Origin: Eledone cirrhosa
Taxonomy: Eukaryota
Assembly: GCA_964016885.1 (NCBI GenBank)
Contig: OZ024745.1
Coordinates: 79,546,001-79,610,000 of the forward strand
Direction: 5' to 3'
DNA length: 64,000 nucleotides
The position numbers and the translations under genes are program-made. Of the stretch, positions 1 through 12,764 are shown in pieces (the stretch's first letter is position 1; every line of letters begins with the position of its first letter). The notes below the pieces were generated by a model, which was not told where the DNA came from, did not search any database, and saw only the letters and a list, made by a program, of their open reading frames with translations.

Positions 1-85
1 GATATGACAAGAACTTGAGACAAAAAAGTTTGCTTTGATTTTCTTCAAGATAATATATCATCATCATCATCATCATCATATATAT

Positions 86-330
86 ATAGTTAGTGAGAAT
101 GATTCTGTGGATGAGAGGAGTATCATTCAGAGAAATGAATTGCAGATGATGATGGGATTAGAGCCTATGTTGAATGTTGTGAAAAGAAATGGAATGAGAT
201 GGTTGATTCATGTGTTGAGGAAAGATGAAAGTAGCTGGGTAAAAAGAGTGATGGAAATGAATGTGGAAGGAAGTTGGGTAAAAGGAAGACCAAGAAAGAC
301 ATGGCTACAAATGATGAAGAAAGAAATGTT
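86..330 (+). mobile_element. RTE-clade LINE 3' ORF fragment
   Basis: Translation contains VKRNGMRWLIHVLRKD..WVKRVMEMNVEG..KGRPRKTW, the typical RTE C-terminal region; resembles 6406-6693. Confidence 0.7.
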
Positions 331-1095
331 GGGTGAAAACAATAGGGTAAAATTGAGTGGCTGTGAGGTTAATGTTGTGAACCACTGACTATTACTTAAA
401 TGTTAACGAAACAACTCTGGAATGCTCCATAACAAAGCTCACTGCTTGTTGCATATTGTCAGACTAACAAAAGACAGTTAAATGGTTAGCAGTAAGATAT
501 ATATCCTATACATGTCAGCATCGAAAATGATTGTAGAACAGTATTTTTCAAGCGACACAGTTTGATTCTCTGTAGTGGTAGCTGGCAACTATTTTCTCTC
601 CTTAAGGATATTTTACCTGATTTTTCAAAGCTGTTCTTTATTATTTATAGCAAATTCTGTATTTGAATTCCAACATTTCAAAAAGAAAAGCTTGGTATTG
701 CATGTGCTAAGTTTTCAGCTGTTCAACAAATTATTCAACTGTGACAGGGGGTCGTAGCTGGAAAGCTGACTCAAATAGGGTTTGATAAAATATGCATATT
801 CAATTGTGATTTATTATCAAGATGTCTGGTTAATTCTTTCAATTTTCTAACAATAACAATGCAATTTATACTTTTCTCAGACAGTATTTATAAATATATA
901 AAGAAAAATAATTCAATAAAACATAAGCAGAAATACGTATTATGCCAAGAAATTTTGAGTGGATTATCTCATCTCAAAATGTAATAATAAAAAAACAAAA
1001 CAACTAAATTAAATCAATGTAACATTTGGTATGATTGAAATAAAAAAAAAATTAACTGTTTTCGTGTTTTTTTTTCTTTCTATTTTCTTTTTTAG

Positions 1096-1261
1096 ATCTA
1101 CAGGTTTTAATGGGAAGTCTGTTGTACTTACATCAAGATATTGAAAAGTCACCCTATGCATATTTATTTGAACCTATTTATTGGGCAGAAATATGTGATG
1201 TTTTCACACGTGATGCCTGTTCATTAATGGGACTGTCAGTCGAAAGTCCTCTTACAGTCAG
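1096..1261 (+). CDS. RMND5: RMND5/GID2 E3 ubiquitin ligase, internal coding exon (upstream exons lie outside the window)
   Basis: Acceptor tttag at 1091-1095 and donor gtaagt at 1262. Translates to (D)[54 protein letters not shown](S), matching the RMND5 CRA region as I recall it. Confidence 0.93.
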
Positions 1262-1542
1262 GTAAGTAGATCCATAATAATTAATTTAAAATAATGTATA
1301 TTAACTGTTAACATCCTGCACTCCATGAAACCACATTAGCAAGATATTCTTGAAAAGTACAAAACAGCACTATTAAAAGGTTTTTACTTGAGTTTACTGC
1401 AAATCTTCACAATGCTCTGTCCATCATCATCATCATTTTATGTCCACTTTTCCCTGCTTGCAAGGGTGGGACGGGAACTGATTCTGTCCATCAGTAAAGA
1501 TAATTTAAATCAACAAATCTTCACAATTCATCAGTAAAGATT

Positions 1543-1826
1543 CATCATTTCATTTTTCATCATTTCATTTTACGTCCGCTTTTTCCCTGCTTGCAAGGGT
1601 GGGACGGGAACTGATGCTGGCTTGATTTCTACAGCTGGATGCCCTTCCTAACACCAACCTCATTTACAGTGAGTGCTGGGTGCTTTTTTGCCGTGGCACC
1701 TCCACGACCACTTTTCAGTGGCATGATATGGACCCCAGTCCCTATCATCTCATTTCTACAGCTGAGTAAACTGGAGCAATGTGAAATAAAGTGTCTTGCT
1801 CAAGGAAACAACACATCACCCGGTCT
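1543..1826 (-). mobile_element. 5'-truncated copy of the tRNA-derived SINE at 2973-3318
   Basis: Near-identical reverse complement of ~3040-3310, with an (ATG)n-type tail at the left end. Confidence 0.8.
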
Positions 1827-2592
1827 GAATTCTATAAAATTTTAAATTAACAAACCTGTTTTTAGATATTTTCTGCTAAAACATTATTATCCAATAATAA
1901 CTGACTATGGGATTTGACAGGTCATATAAATCAATTTAATCTGAAATTGCAAGGTGAAAACAATTAGCAAAGTATTTAGAGCATAACTTTTGCCCAAGTA
2001 AAGTTTAATAATTTGGTTTAGTGTTGTGGAGAATTTCAAGAAACAGGAACATATTTTTCTTCTTCCAGTTTCGGGAATGTTTTTTTAATCTTGATGCAAA
2101 GGTGGAAGAAATCAGAATATTTCCAGAATCTATTTTGCTTCAACATTGAAGCATTCTTAAATGAGTTGCATATTTAAATGAGAGACCTGTAATCAAATGA
2201 CATGTTAGAAGATAAGCATATAGTTTTCTCTGTTGATGAGTTTTTCCTGTTGTTTTGTTGTACTTGTATAAGCACAGTTAAACATAAAGTATGTCAAATC
2301 CTGCTAGAAAACAAATTTATTCAGGGACCATTAACCCATTCATTACGTTATTTCTAGTGAAAGACACTCCTTAGTCCCCTTGGTGACAATTTTTCAAGTA
2401 GCCAACAGTTTCATTCTTGTGATGAAAGTGGATGAGCTATAATGGTTGGATGAGGATTCAGGACCTACTGATGTCACTTTTTTCCCAGATAAGAATCGAG
2501 GACATACAGCATCATATATATATGAGCATTGGTGTACTTATCCATGGTCCTCGACTCTCAGGAATGAGGATGGGAAGAGATTCAGACCAGAC

Positions 2593-2626
<34 letters not shown>

Positions 2627-2831
2627 ACGGAGGAAATGTGGTAAGGAACCAGGTGGACCATAACGCACCAAAGTACTCAATACTTAGGGTAGTAGAGTGG
2701 GTAATAGGAACGAGTAGGACCCCGACGGCTGAGCTCAAGCCGTTTCGACGGCTAATTCTAGACTCAATTAGCCGTCCAGAATTAGCCGTCGAAACGGCTT
2801 GAGCTCAGCCATCGGGGTCCTACTCGTTCCT
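2627..2831 (-). mobile_element. PLE terminal-repeat (pLTR) fragment with inverted duplication, inserted in (TA)n
   Basis: Same sequence as 40005-40140 and 44183-44320. 2773-2831 is the inverted copy of ~2703-2760, and (TA)n flanks both sides. Confidence 0.75.
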
Positions 2832-2972
2832 ATATATATATATATATGTATCTAAAGTCATCCATAAAGTCGTCTGTGTTTTAAATTCCTATTTATATCA
2901 GTCAAGAAGTCAAATTCTCCGTTTTCCTCTCAGATCTTCAATTAATATTTTATATATTTTTAATAATATCAT

Positions 2973-3318
2973 GGAGGCACATGGCTTAGTGGTTAGAGCA
3001 TTGGCCTTGCAATGGAAAGGTTGTGAGTTCAATTCTCAGACCGGGTGATGTGTTGTTTCCTTGAGCAAGACACTTTATTTCACATTGCTCCAGTTTACTC
3101 AGCTGTAGAAATGAGATGATAGGGACTGGGGTCCATATCATTCCACTGCAAAGTGGTCGTGGAGGTGCCACGGCAAAAAAGCACCCAGCACTCACTGTAA
3201 ATGAGGTTGGTGTTAGGAAGGGCATCCAGCTGTAGAAATCAACCCAAAATCAGTTCCCATCCCACCCTTACAAGCAGGGAAAAAGCGGACGTAAAATGAA
3301 ATGATGATGAAAATGATG
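2973..3318 (+). mobile_element. Full-length tRNA-derived SINE with RTE-related 3' end
   Basis: A box TGGCTTAGTGG at 2982 and B box GAGTTCAATTC at 3025. The 3' part (actgtaaatg..ggaagggcatccagctgtagaaa..ggacgt..gatgatga) is shared with the LINE 3'UTR at 6868-7035. Confidence 0.85.
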
Positions 3319-6300
3319 TCTCTTTCCGTTGGACCTTCCTAAAAACTAACCTTCTAGTATTGTTATTAAACAATTATTCTAGAACCTTCCTGCATCTCGC
3401 TCGCAAACTTTGTAAACACTTTGCTCCTTCTCTCATACCCCGCCCCGCCTGATCGCAAGTATAAAATAAATCTTGCTGGCTCCCAACGACAGAATTTATC
3501 TATCAAACTATCTTACGGGCGATCTGTCGATTTTGAGAATGTAAGCAAAACCTTTCTTTTCTTTGTTTCCATAGTCTCCTCAATTAAGCAGTCTTTTAAA
3601 CTCTTATTTATACCACTCTAAAATTCAAATTCTCTGATTTTAAATTATTATTTTACATGTTTTTAATATGTCTCAATCTGTTGGATCCTTCCTAAAAACT
3701 AAACTTCTCCTAAAGTCACCCATTTCCTGCCCTACCACCCCTACACACCACCATTGCTATATGGTCCAACTCAGCGGCTTTAGTAAGTTCTCTAACAAAT
3801 CAGTATAGGAAAGTTACCACCCCGGTTATTACTCCTTAAGTTTAGACCTGTTTGATGGGTTGACTGCGGAAATTTGAAAAGTCTAAGCACTCAATGACAA
3901 TGTCACAGATAAAGATAAATTCACCTCCCGCTGCAAGACGAGAATACAAGGACCCCTCTGTATTTCAGACACAGATGACCAACAAAATCCCGTCTTCCAC
4001 ACCCTTCCCTGCTCCTCCAACCCATCCATCCCACCCTCCCAACTTCAGAGTTGGTACCATGAACGTAGGCACATTGAAAGGTCGCTCAAATGAGGTTGTA
4101 GAGATGCCACGTTGGACAACATAGTGATGGCTATGATGGAATCCATGGAGGTTGGAAATAGAAATGAGGAGGGCTTCAGAATCCTGGAATTCTGTGATGC
4201 AAATAGCCTAACTATCTGTAACACAAACTTTAAAAAACGTGAAAACCACTTGATCACCTATAGATCAGGGGAACACGCCAGCTAGATAGATTATATCCTT
4301 ACTAGAAGACGGGCCAAAATGTCTGTTGTAAACACTAAATCCCTCCCTCGTGAAGAATGCACCTCCCAACATAGCCTAGTAGTTAGTGACCTCATAGTCA
4401 GGAATAGACGTACTCGACGACAGAAGAGGCCTACCTTGAGAAGAATATGGAAGTTGAAGGACCCCATAGCCAGTGACAAATTTAAAAGCTTATTACTTGA
4501 TGCCTTTGACAATAAGGAAGAGCAATTAGAGATGTGGCAATATAGAGGAACAGTGGCAATCCTTGAAAGTGAAACTGCTGAAAGCAACGGATGAAATCTG
4601 TGGCTGGAGCAGACCTATTGGCAGGAGGAGAGTAACTTGGTGGTGGAACAGTAAGGTGGAAGAGACAATCAAGGCCAAAAAGCAGGCTTGGAAAGTATGG
4701 CAGGATGGGGGAAGTAGAGAGCACTATCAAGTGGCCAGGAGAGAAGCTAGGAGACAAGTGTACCTTGCAAAAAGGGTAGCAGAGGATAGAAAGTTCAAGC
4801 ATGTTCTACAACGTGAGGTGTTCAGGATTGCTAGACAATGTGTCAAGAAAAACCATGATATTGTCGGAGAGAAGTGTGTCCGCAATGATAATGGTGTACT
4901 TGCGCTCACTGATACTGATAAGAAGATAGCCTGGAAGTGTCACTACGAGAGACTATTAAATGAGGAGAATAAATGGGAAAAAGATAGTCTGCCCCAAATC
5001 GATCCAATAGAAGGACCAGCGGTGCAAGTTAAAGGTAGTATAATAAGTAAGGCAATCAAAGATATGAAGACAGGCAAGGCAGCTGGGCCTTCGGAGATAG
5101 TTGCTGAGATGTTGAAGGCATCTGGTATGGTGGGACACACTATGGTCACCCGTATAGTTAACCAAGTAATACAGAATGGGGTCATACCGAAAGACTGGCG
5201 TAGCACCATCATCATTAACTGCTACAAGGGTAAAGGGGATGCTCTAGATAGGGGAAACTATAGAGGCATTAAGTTAGTTGACCAGGTCATGAAGGTCACA
5301 GAAAGAGTTATAGCGCAACTAATCAGAGAGCGAATTGATCTAGATGAAATGCAGTTTGGGTTTGTGTCAGGTAAAAGTACCACAGACGCTCATTTCCTTG
5401 TACGACAACTACAAGAGAAGAACCTTGCTAAAAGTAAACCCCTCTACTTAGCTTTTGTAGACCTGGAGAAAGCTTTTGACAGAGTCCCTCGCTCCATTAT
5501 CTGGTGGGCTCTTAGAAAACTAGGTGTAGATGAATGGCTTGTGAGAGCTATACAAGCTATGTATAATGAAACAGTCAGTAAGGTTAGAATTAACAATGAA
5601 TATTGTGAAGAATTTAGTGTAAAAGTTTGTGTTCATCAAGGCTCTGTCCTTAGCCCCCTCTGTCCTTAGCCCTTCAGGCTATAACAGAGGAGTTCAAGAC
5701 CGGCTGCCATGGGAACTCCTATACACAGATGATCTAACACTCCTAGCTGAATCAATGGCTGAACTAAAGAAGAAATCCCAAACATGGAAGCATGGCCTAG
5801 AATCAAAAGGCCTTAAAGTTAACTTCTAAAGTTCTAGTTTGTAGAAAGGAAAATAGGGCACAGGTGCCCTCAGGGAAATGGCCATGCTCAGTGTGTAGGA
5901 AAGGAGTAGGCAGAAATTCCATTTTATGTCCCAAATGCAAAGTATGGGTTCATAAAAGATGTAGTGGGATCACAGGTAAACTATCTAAGAACGTAGACTT
6001 TATATGTGGCCAATGCTCAGTTGCAATAAGTAGCAAGTGTCCAAAGGATACTAGCTCCTTCTATTGCCCAGATGGTTCTATAGAAATAGTAGACACTTTC
6101 CGTTACCTGGGTGACGAAATCAGCAGTGGTGGAGGGTGCTCTGAAAGTACAGTAGCCAGAGTCAGAACGGGATGGAAAAAGTTCAGAGAGCTTATACCGC
6201 TGTTGGCCACAAAAGGTTTCTCTCTAAAAATGAAAGGCAGATTGTATGATGCCTGTATATGAACAGCTATGTTGCATGGCAGTGAGACATGGGCATTACG

Positions 6301-7035
6301 TGCAGAGGACCTGCGTAGACTGGAAAGGAACGAAGCATGCATGTTCCGTTGGATGTGTAATAGTAATATACGTGAACGGCAAAGTATAAATGAATAAGTG
6401 AGAAATTGGGAATAAGAGGGATCAGATGCTGTTTACTTGAGAGAAGACTACGTTGGTATGGTCACGTGATGCAAATGAAAGACAACAGTTGCATAAAAAA
6501 GTGCAGGGCGATCAAAATTGATGGTAGTTACGGAGTAGGTAGACCCAGAAAAACCTGGGATGATCTGATAAATTCCGACCTCAGACACTTACATCTTTCT
6601 AAGACAATGTCTCTGGACCGAGATCTTTGGCGCTACGCAGTAATACAGAAGACCCGCCTTGCCTATGTACAAAGCGAAACATACAGTCAGTAGGCACCTC
6701 TTAACCAAATATACACCCCAATCCACTACGCCTACCCTATCCTCCCACTCCCACCAACAGCACGAGAAAATGAGATCGAGATCGTGTAGGTGTCACGACA
6801 AAAAAACACACAGTCCACGCTGTAATGTGGTCGTATAGGTAACATGGTAAAAAGTTCCCAGTTCCACACTGTAAATGTGGTTGGTGTTAGGAAGGGCATC
6901 CAGCTGTAGAAAACTTGCCAGATAGTCCTATATGAGCGAGACACGGTCACCCGACCAGCCTTGCCTCAAGTGGGACAACTCCCGTCTAATCCATGCTAGC
7001 ATGGAAAAATGGACGTTAAACGAAGATGATGAGAT
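3319..7035 (+). mobile_element. Near full-length, disrupted RTE-clade LINE (APE endonuclease + RT + PHD-like finger) in an RMND5 intron
   Basis: EN start GTMNVGTL; EN end NTNFKK..ITYRSG..IDYIL; RT motifs YRGIKL, QFGF, AFVDLEKAFDRV, HQGSVLSP, YTDD, FRYLG; C-terminal RLRWYGHV..GRPRKTW; (GAT)n tail. Has stops, frameshifts and an internal EN deletion. The 5' boundary is approximate. Confidence 0.9.
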
Positions 7036-8179
7036 GATAATATATACTATATTATATAAAATGCACGGCAAACTGGCATATACCTTCCTAGATACTCGGA
7101 GTTTCCCGAAGCAAGCTGATGTTACTTTGTTCATCAGCAATTAGAATGTACTTCAGTAAGGTTCCTCTTGAAAAACTATCCCTTAGCATACATGTAAATA
7201 TATACACATACTCACACACACGTAGCATCCGTGCACAGGCACACACTCACACGTATCCCACATTCATATGCACACATATGCATATATCTGCACCCCACAT
7301 AAGTGTGTATGTTTGTATATGTGCGTCCAAGCCCATATATACGCATGCACATATACAAAGTGCCAATGTAGAATTAGCACGGCTGACGAAGCTCAGGAAA
7401 AACGGCATAAAATCTTTACTGTCCTCTAACTCCTTCTTCACCATCTGGACTATGTTCAATTAGGAACTTTAAGTTGTCAACAATGGCCTTGTTATTCATG
7501 TCAGTGCAAACTGCATGCACTTCCACCTTACATTTCCACTCCTCAGGCCACTTGTATTCTTTTAATCTGTCATGGTTCACCATTTTTGGAGCCAGGTACA
7601 ATATAATAAGAAAGCAATACTAGTTTACATCAGAGCCTTCAAATAATATTTTCTTTTTCTTTTAAAAAGAGGTGTCAATATAAAATCCACACCCTGTACA
7701 CACACATACACACACACACACACACATGCACATATCTTCACAGTCTGTGCAGAACAGGTAAAATTTGCTGACAGTCTTTTTGATTTGGACTGTTTCGTTA
7801 TTTGGTTTCCAAAAGGTTAGGATGGTTGCTTGGTGGTCTTGGATCATTTTATCAGTGACTGGTTGGTGTCTAGGCATTTGGTGACCAAAACCAGATATAT
7901 TTTCTGCTGGCATGGCACAACTTCAATAAATTGCTTAAAATATTTCTATCCTAAATTGATTTATTTAAGAAAACTAGTTCATGAGTTTTATTGAGGTTTG
8001 ATATATTTACACAAGCCCCCCCCCCCCCCATGTATGTGTATGTACATATATATGTATATCAAGTGTAAAACTAATAATATATTTCATTGTACTGTGTCAT
8101 TTGCTTTGTTATTTCGGTTTGCCTTTTGCATATTTATGTGTGTGTGTGTGTGTATATATATATTTCTAATGTTTTCTAG

Positions 8180-8282
8180 TATGCGTGCTGGTTGTATTGC
8201 CCTGCCTCCATTGCTCAGCATTAGACAAGTTATGCAACAACGCCATTGTACGAGTGTTTGGACAGCAAAAGATGAACTACCT
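8180..8282 (+). CDS. RMND5: RMND5 coding exon
   Basis: Acceptor ttctag and donor gtgagt; phase-compatible with the previous exon. Translates to (S)MRAGCIALPPLLSIRQVMQQRHCTSVWTAKDELP. Confidence 0.93.
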
Positions 8283-9095
8283 GTGAGTATAGATAGAATT
8301 TTATAACTATTTATTTTGGGTTCAAACATATTTTTGATAGTTTGTTTATAGTCACCACAGCCTGGCTTTAACAGAGCCTTACTCTGTTGCAAATATTTGA
8401 ACTAAGTCACCAGTTCAAGAATACCACTCCCTCACTGCTTTTCCAGCAGTCTTTACGGCTCTAAAATGAATTAGAGACATTACTTGAAACCTATTGAAAG
8501 GAAGTGATGTGCCTCTCATCTCTAGTTGATAACCAAAGTTAAACATTTTTATGTATGGAAGCATGACTTTTTAATAAAGTTTTATAGTTGTTACTAGGTT
8601 CTAATCAGGCTTTATAGCTACAAATTTAGCCGTTACTGGGTTAGAGTTGTAATGTAAGCTTTGTGAATGTACCAGAATAAGATTGTTAATATCATGAAAG
8701 GCAAAATTATATTTCCTCCTTAAGATGTTTCTCCAAAACGAAGATGCACAATTAAGGGGAGGTAATCCATAGCACTAATGATTGTGGGGATTACTAAAGT
8801 AAATAGTATCTCTACAATGTCCATTTGATACTATGTCTCATAGCACATTATATCACACAACATTCCACTCCATCCCACACCACCCCACATCACTCCAACA
8901 TCCTACACCACAACACCATCTCACACCATCCCACCATCCTACCATCCTGTATCACTCCAACATCCTACACCACAACACCATCCCACTCTACCCCACCAAT
9001 CTACACCTCTCTACCACCCTACATCACAGTTAATATTCTCTCCCTTGTCTTACATCATAACGAATGTCCTATATATTTGAATATCTGATTTTCAG

Positions 9096-9250
9096 GTTGA
9101 AATAGATCTTGGTAGTGAATACCATTATCACTCAATGTTTGCCTGTCCTATTCTAAGACAACAGAGCAGTGATAGCAACCCACCAATGAGATTAATTTGT
9201 GGTCATGTCATATCTCAAGATGCACTAAACAAACTGACTAATGGAACAAA
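9096..9250 (+). CDS. RMND5: RMND5 coding exon (RING, N-terminal part)
   Basis: Acceptor ttcag and donor gtaagt. Translates to [51 protein letters not shown](K). Confidence 0.95.
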
Positions 9251-10439
9251 GTAAGTCTTCAATACTTTCACTTCTCACACTCTTCTAGTTATTTCTTTAG
9301 TGGATTAACATCAATAAAATCATATTTACAAAGTATTGGTGTGTTCTAGAATCTGAATATATAGCTTAAGTATCTTAATATGAATCTGTTAAAGTTAGTT
9401 AAACTGTGGTAGTTATAGAGAGGAAAGTTAGGAACTTGTTTCTATCATCCCATATCTTTAAAAAGTAGCCAGGGATTATGGGGTAGTTCAATTAATCTAA
9501 AAGTTAAGCAATGAGTCCTAATTATTCAATAATTGGGGTTTGAATTGTAATTGAACTTTTTCTCCCTATAAGGAAAATCTTATTAATTACTGGTTTTTGC
9601 TATAGATTTATTATCCTACATCGTCATTTTTATAGCCACTTTCTATGCTGGTGTGGGTTGAGGAGTTTGTCACTGTCCAAGTCATTTCTTATTTGAAGTT
9701 ATTACTCTGCTAGATGGTTAGGAGGATGACATCTTACTTATAAGTTCTATTTTTGGCATAGTTTCTACAATTGGATATCCTTAAAAACTGTACATTGATA
9801 TAAATATTTACTTTAGATTTTTTAGACTGGTTTTATACTTGTTACATTTGCTAACTGAAATAAGTTTGTCTTGGTGTGAGTACTGACATTTTAGAGCAAA
9901 ACTTTTCAAAAATCAAAAAACTGATGTCTCCTTACTAATTAACAAACTTTACAAAATGGTTTTTGGTGATGCTGCCCACAAAATCATATTTACAGACTGT
10001 TTTTTTATTCATCCCCATCACCTTGATCATTGAAATGCTATGCTGCAGTATTATTGTTTACGAGGGACATAAACACAAATGTAACCAATAGTCTTAAGCA
10101 CTGTTGGTAAACTGGGGCACATGCATACATACATGCATTTATATATATATAATCTGCAGTATTTGCAGTCAGCTCTTCAAATGCCTTTCAGGGCTCAAAA
10201 GTCACTTAAGATCTCACACAAGGAAAGATCAATTATAGTCCAAGAAGAGCTGAAGTTCTGCAATGAGCAGACAACCACTGTAAGTTGGTTATACAGGTGC
10301 CATGACAAAAAAAGCACTTGATTCACGAGAAAAGATCCCAGTACATGCTGTAATATGGTTACTGATAGGGAGGGAATCCAACTATAGAAAACCAAGCCCA
10401 AAACAGATATATATGACTAAACTCAGCACATGATAACTC

Positions 10440-10487
10440 GGCTAATCCATGCAAGCATGGAAATGGACATTAAACAGTGATGATGAT

Positions 10488-10519
<32 letters not shown>

Positions 10520-10820
10520 GGAGTATGAGCAACCAGTCTTAAATTCCTCCATTATAGCCTGAATTCGTGGACCACCTCTAGCTCGTAGTTGTTGGTGGTG
10601 GTGGTGGGGTTGCTTGACACTTTGGCCCAGTACATTGGTTTTCTTTAGACTAATGGTCAGGTTAAATTTCTGGCAGGCCCTGGAGAGTTTGTTCATGAGG
10701 TGCTGCATCTGCTTCTCAGAGTGCACTGCATCATCCGCAAATAGAATTTCTGTGATGAGTACCTAGCGAACGTTGGATTTCACTTTCAGCCTAAACAGCC
10801 TCCAGTCTGATTTGGAAAGG
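10440..10820 (-). mobile_element. RTE LINE RT fragment plus tail remnant
   Basis: LFADDA, then HSEKQMQHLMNKLSRACQKFNLTISLKKTNVLGQ (RT motifs 5-6). Confidence 0.7.
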
Positions 10821-10899
10821 TGCATTGAAAATTGCTTGTCACATCTTATTAGTTTCATGCTTTAAATGGTCAGAATCACAAAGGAGAAACATTATATAT

Positions 10900-11830
10900 A
10901 ATATAATCTTTAATGGTATTCTATCAAGATCTTCGATCTGCCATTGCCAAAGTCCCAAAAGCAGATTTGATTCTTCTCCTTGGTGATTTTAATGCCAGTG
11001 TTGGTAGGGATCATGAGACTTGTGTAAGTACTGTTCTGGATGCACGAATGGCAATAGTCTGCACCTTCTTCAGCTCGGCACTGAATGTGAACTAGCCATT
11101 TGTAACTCTTTTTTTCTATTAGAAGGACACTCTTAAGTTTACTTGGATTCACCAAAGATCCAAATTTGAGCATATTCTTGCATATGTCGTAAACAAGATC
11201 TTCAGGGTGTCTGCCCTTTCCAGGTTGTGTGGTGCTGAGTGTGTGCTAGTACATGGCAAAATGAAATTTTACATCAAAGATAAAATCAAATTTAATGGGT
11301 TAAGGTTTCCTAGATTTGTAGACGTGTTGAGATTGCAAGATCTGGCAGTTCATAAGGATCTGAGAAAGTGATATTGAAGAATCTGAATTTGACAGCACAT
11401 TGAATTAGTTTAAAACGGCAGTCTACAACATTAGTGTTGAAGTCTTAGGTCTCAGGAAAAAGTTACATCGGGACTGGTTTGATGAAAATGATTCTCAGAT
11501 CAAGCAGTTATTGAAGGCAAAAAATGCTCACTAAAGTTTTTGAGTCCTTCAGATAAAGATGTTCTGCTTTGCTTCAGTCCTTCAAGGATGCAACATTTTT
11601 GCTCCAGCATGGAATCCTTCAGTTGAAAAAATAAATGGTGGTGATATTTCAATGCAGATTCAGGGTGCCTATGAGTGAAAGGATTCCAATACATTAGATC
11701 ACCTGATCAATCAGGCCATTAGCCCTCAATCTGCATCCATGGTACCACTCAGGTTCAAGGATGGGTCTCTCCTTTTTAAAGACTCAGACAATGTAATGGA
11801 ACGCTGTAGGGAGCATTTTGCTGATTTCTT
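10900..11830 (+). mobile_element. Degenerate RTE LINE endonuclease/tether fragment
   Basis: FYQDLRSAIAKVPKADLILLLGDFNASVGRDHE, followed by DWFDEND and ERCREHF-like remnants. Confidence 0.65.
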
Positions 11831-12700
11831 TTGTAGACTCAGTACTGGAAGATATCTGGTCGGAGCATGTCTACGGAAAGGTTGATCTTTCTCATGCCGG
11901 GCTTGCTAGTCATTTAAGAGCTCACAGTAATCAGCTGTCTGGGGCTGATTATGTTGGTGTCCTCCCTAAAAAGTCTGTTGGGTATTATTCCTAAATTAGA
12001 AATCAATATATTTCATAAGGCAATCTTTCATTTAGAATAAGGTAGTTAAGAAAATATTTTATTGGTTTAGTTTCAATATTTTCTTAAGATATTTCTACAT
12101 TTTTAAAGTTTTATTTAAGAACAATTCCAATAATGACATTTCATTCTAGTATAAACTAAATTAGTTAGAATCTGAGTAATTTCAACATAGCTTTTTCTAT
12201 CTCTCTCTTTTGTTCATTTCTTTCACTAAATAAGATATTTTAATTTGTCAAACCATGAATCTATATTTTCAAACATACATCTGTGCATGTTTGAATTTAT
12301 TGCTCTGAACACCCACACACATTATCTAAATCTTAATGAAATTTCCGTTTTTTTTGTTTTTTTTTTTCCACGATTTAATTAAAATTTCAAAAATTAACTT
12401 TACTTTGTAATATTGTATGTAAAATTAGTATGTTATTTTCCTATACAATTAAATTTAAAACAGTTTTGATGTTGGTAGAATGTGTGTGTGTGCATATGTA
12501 TGTGTTTGTGAACATATGTATAAGTGTGTGTGTGCATGTGTATATTCTTTGACATAGCAGCAGTTGGAACACGGTTACCTAATTATATTGGCGGTTAAAA
12601 ACCTTTCTACATTCAAGTACATGTACTAACTTATTGCTAAATGCCTGTTGTGCTGTTTTTGTGCAAACAGTACAGTTTCGGCATTCCTTTCTCGTTCCAG

Positions 12701-12764
12701 AGTCAAATGTCCATATTGCCCCATGGAACAGATACCTGCAGATGCTAAACGAATATACTTCTAA
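12701..12764 (+). CDS. RMND5: RMND5 last coding exon
   Basis: Acceptor ttccag; translates to (K)VKCPYCPMEQIPADAKRIYF*. AATAAA hexamers follow near 12814 and 12912. Confidence 0.95.

Noticed and set aside
2432-2594. Coding-looking stretch in the RMND5 intron
   Set aside because: The RMND5 exons join without it and no family motif is recognisable.
2973-3050. tRNA gene
   Set aside because: A and B boxes are present, but it continues into a repeated SINE body with no proper acceptor stem or terminator.
7400-7920. Possible piggyBac-like transposase remnant on the minus strand
   Set aside because: Only a vague resemblance; no catalytic motif, TIR or TTAA pair could be supported.
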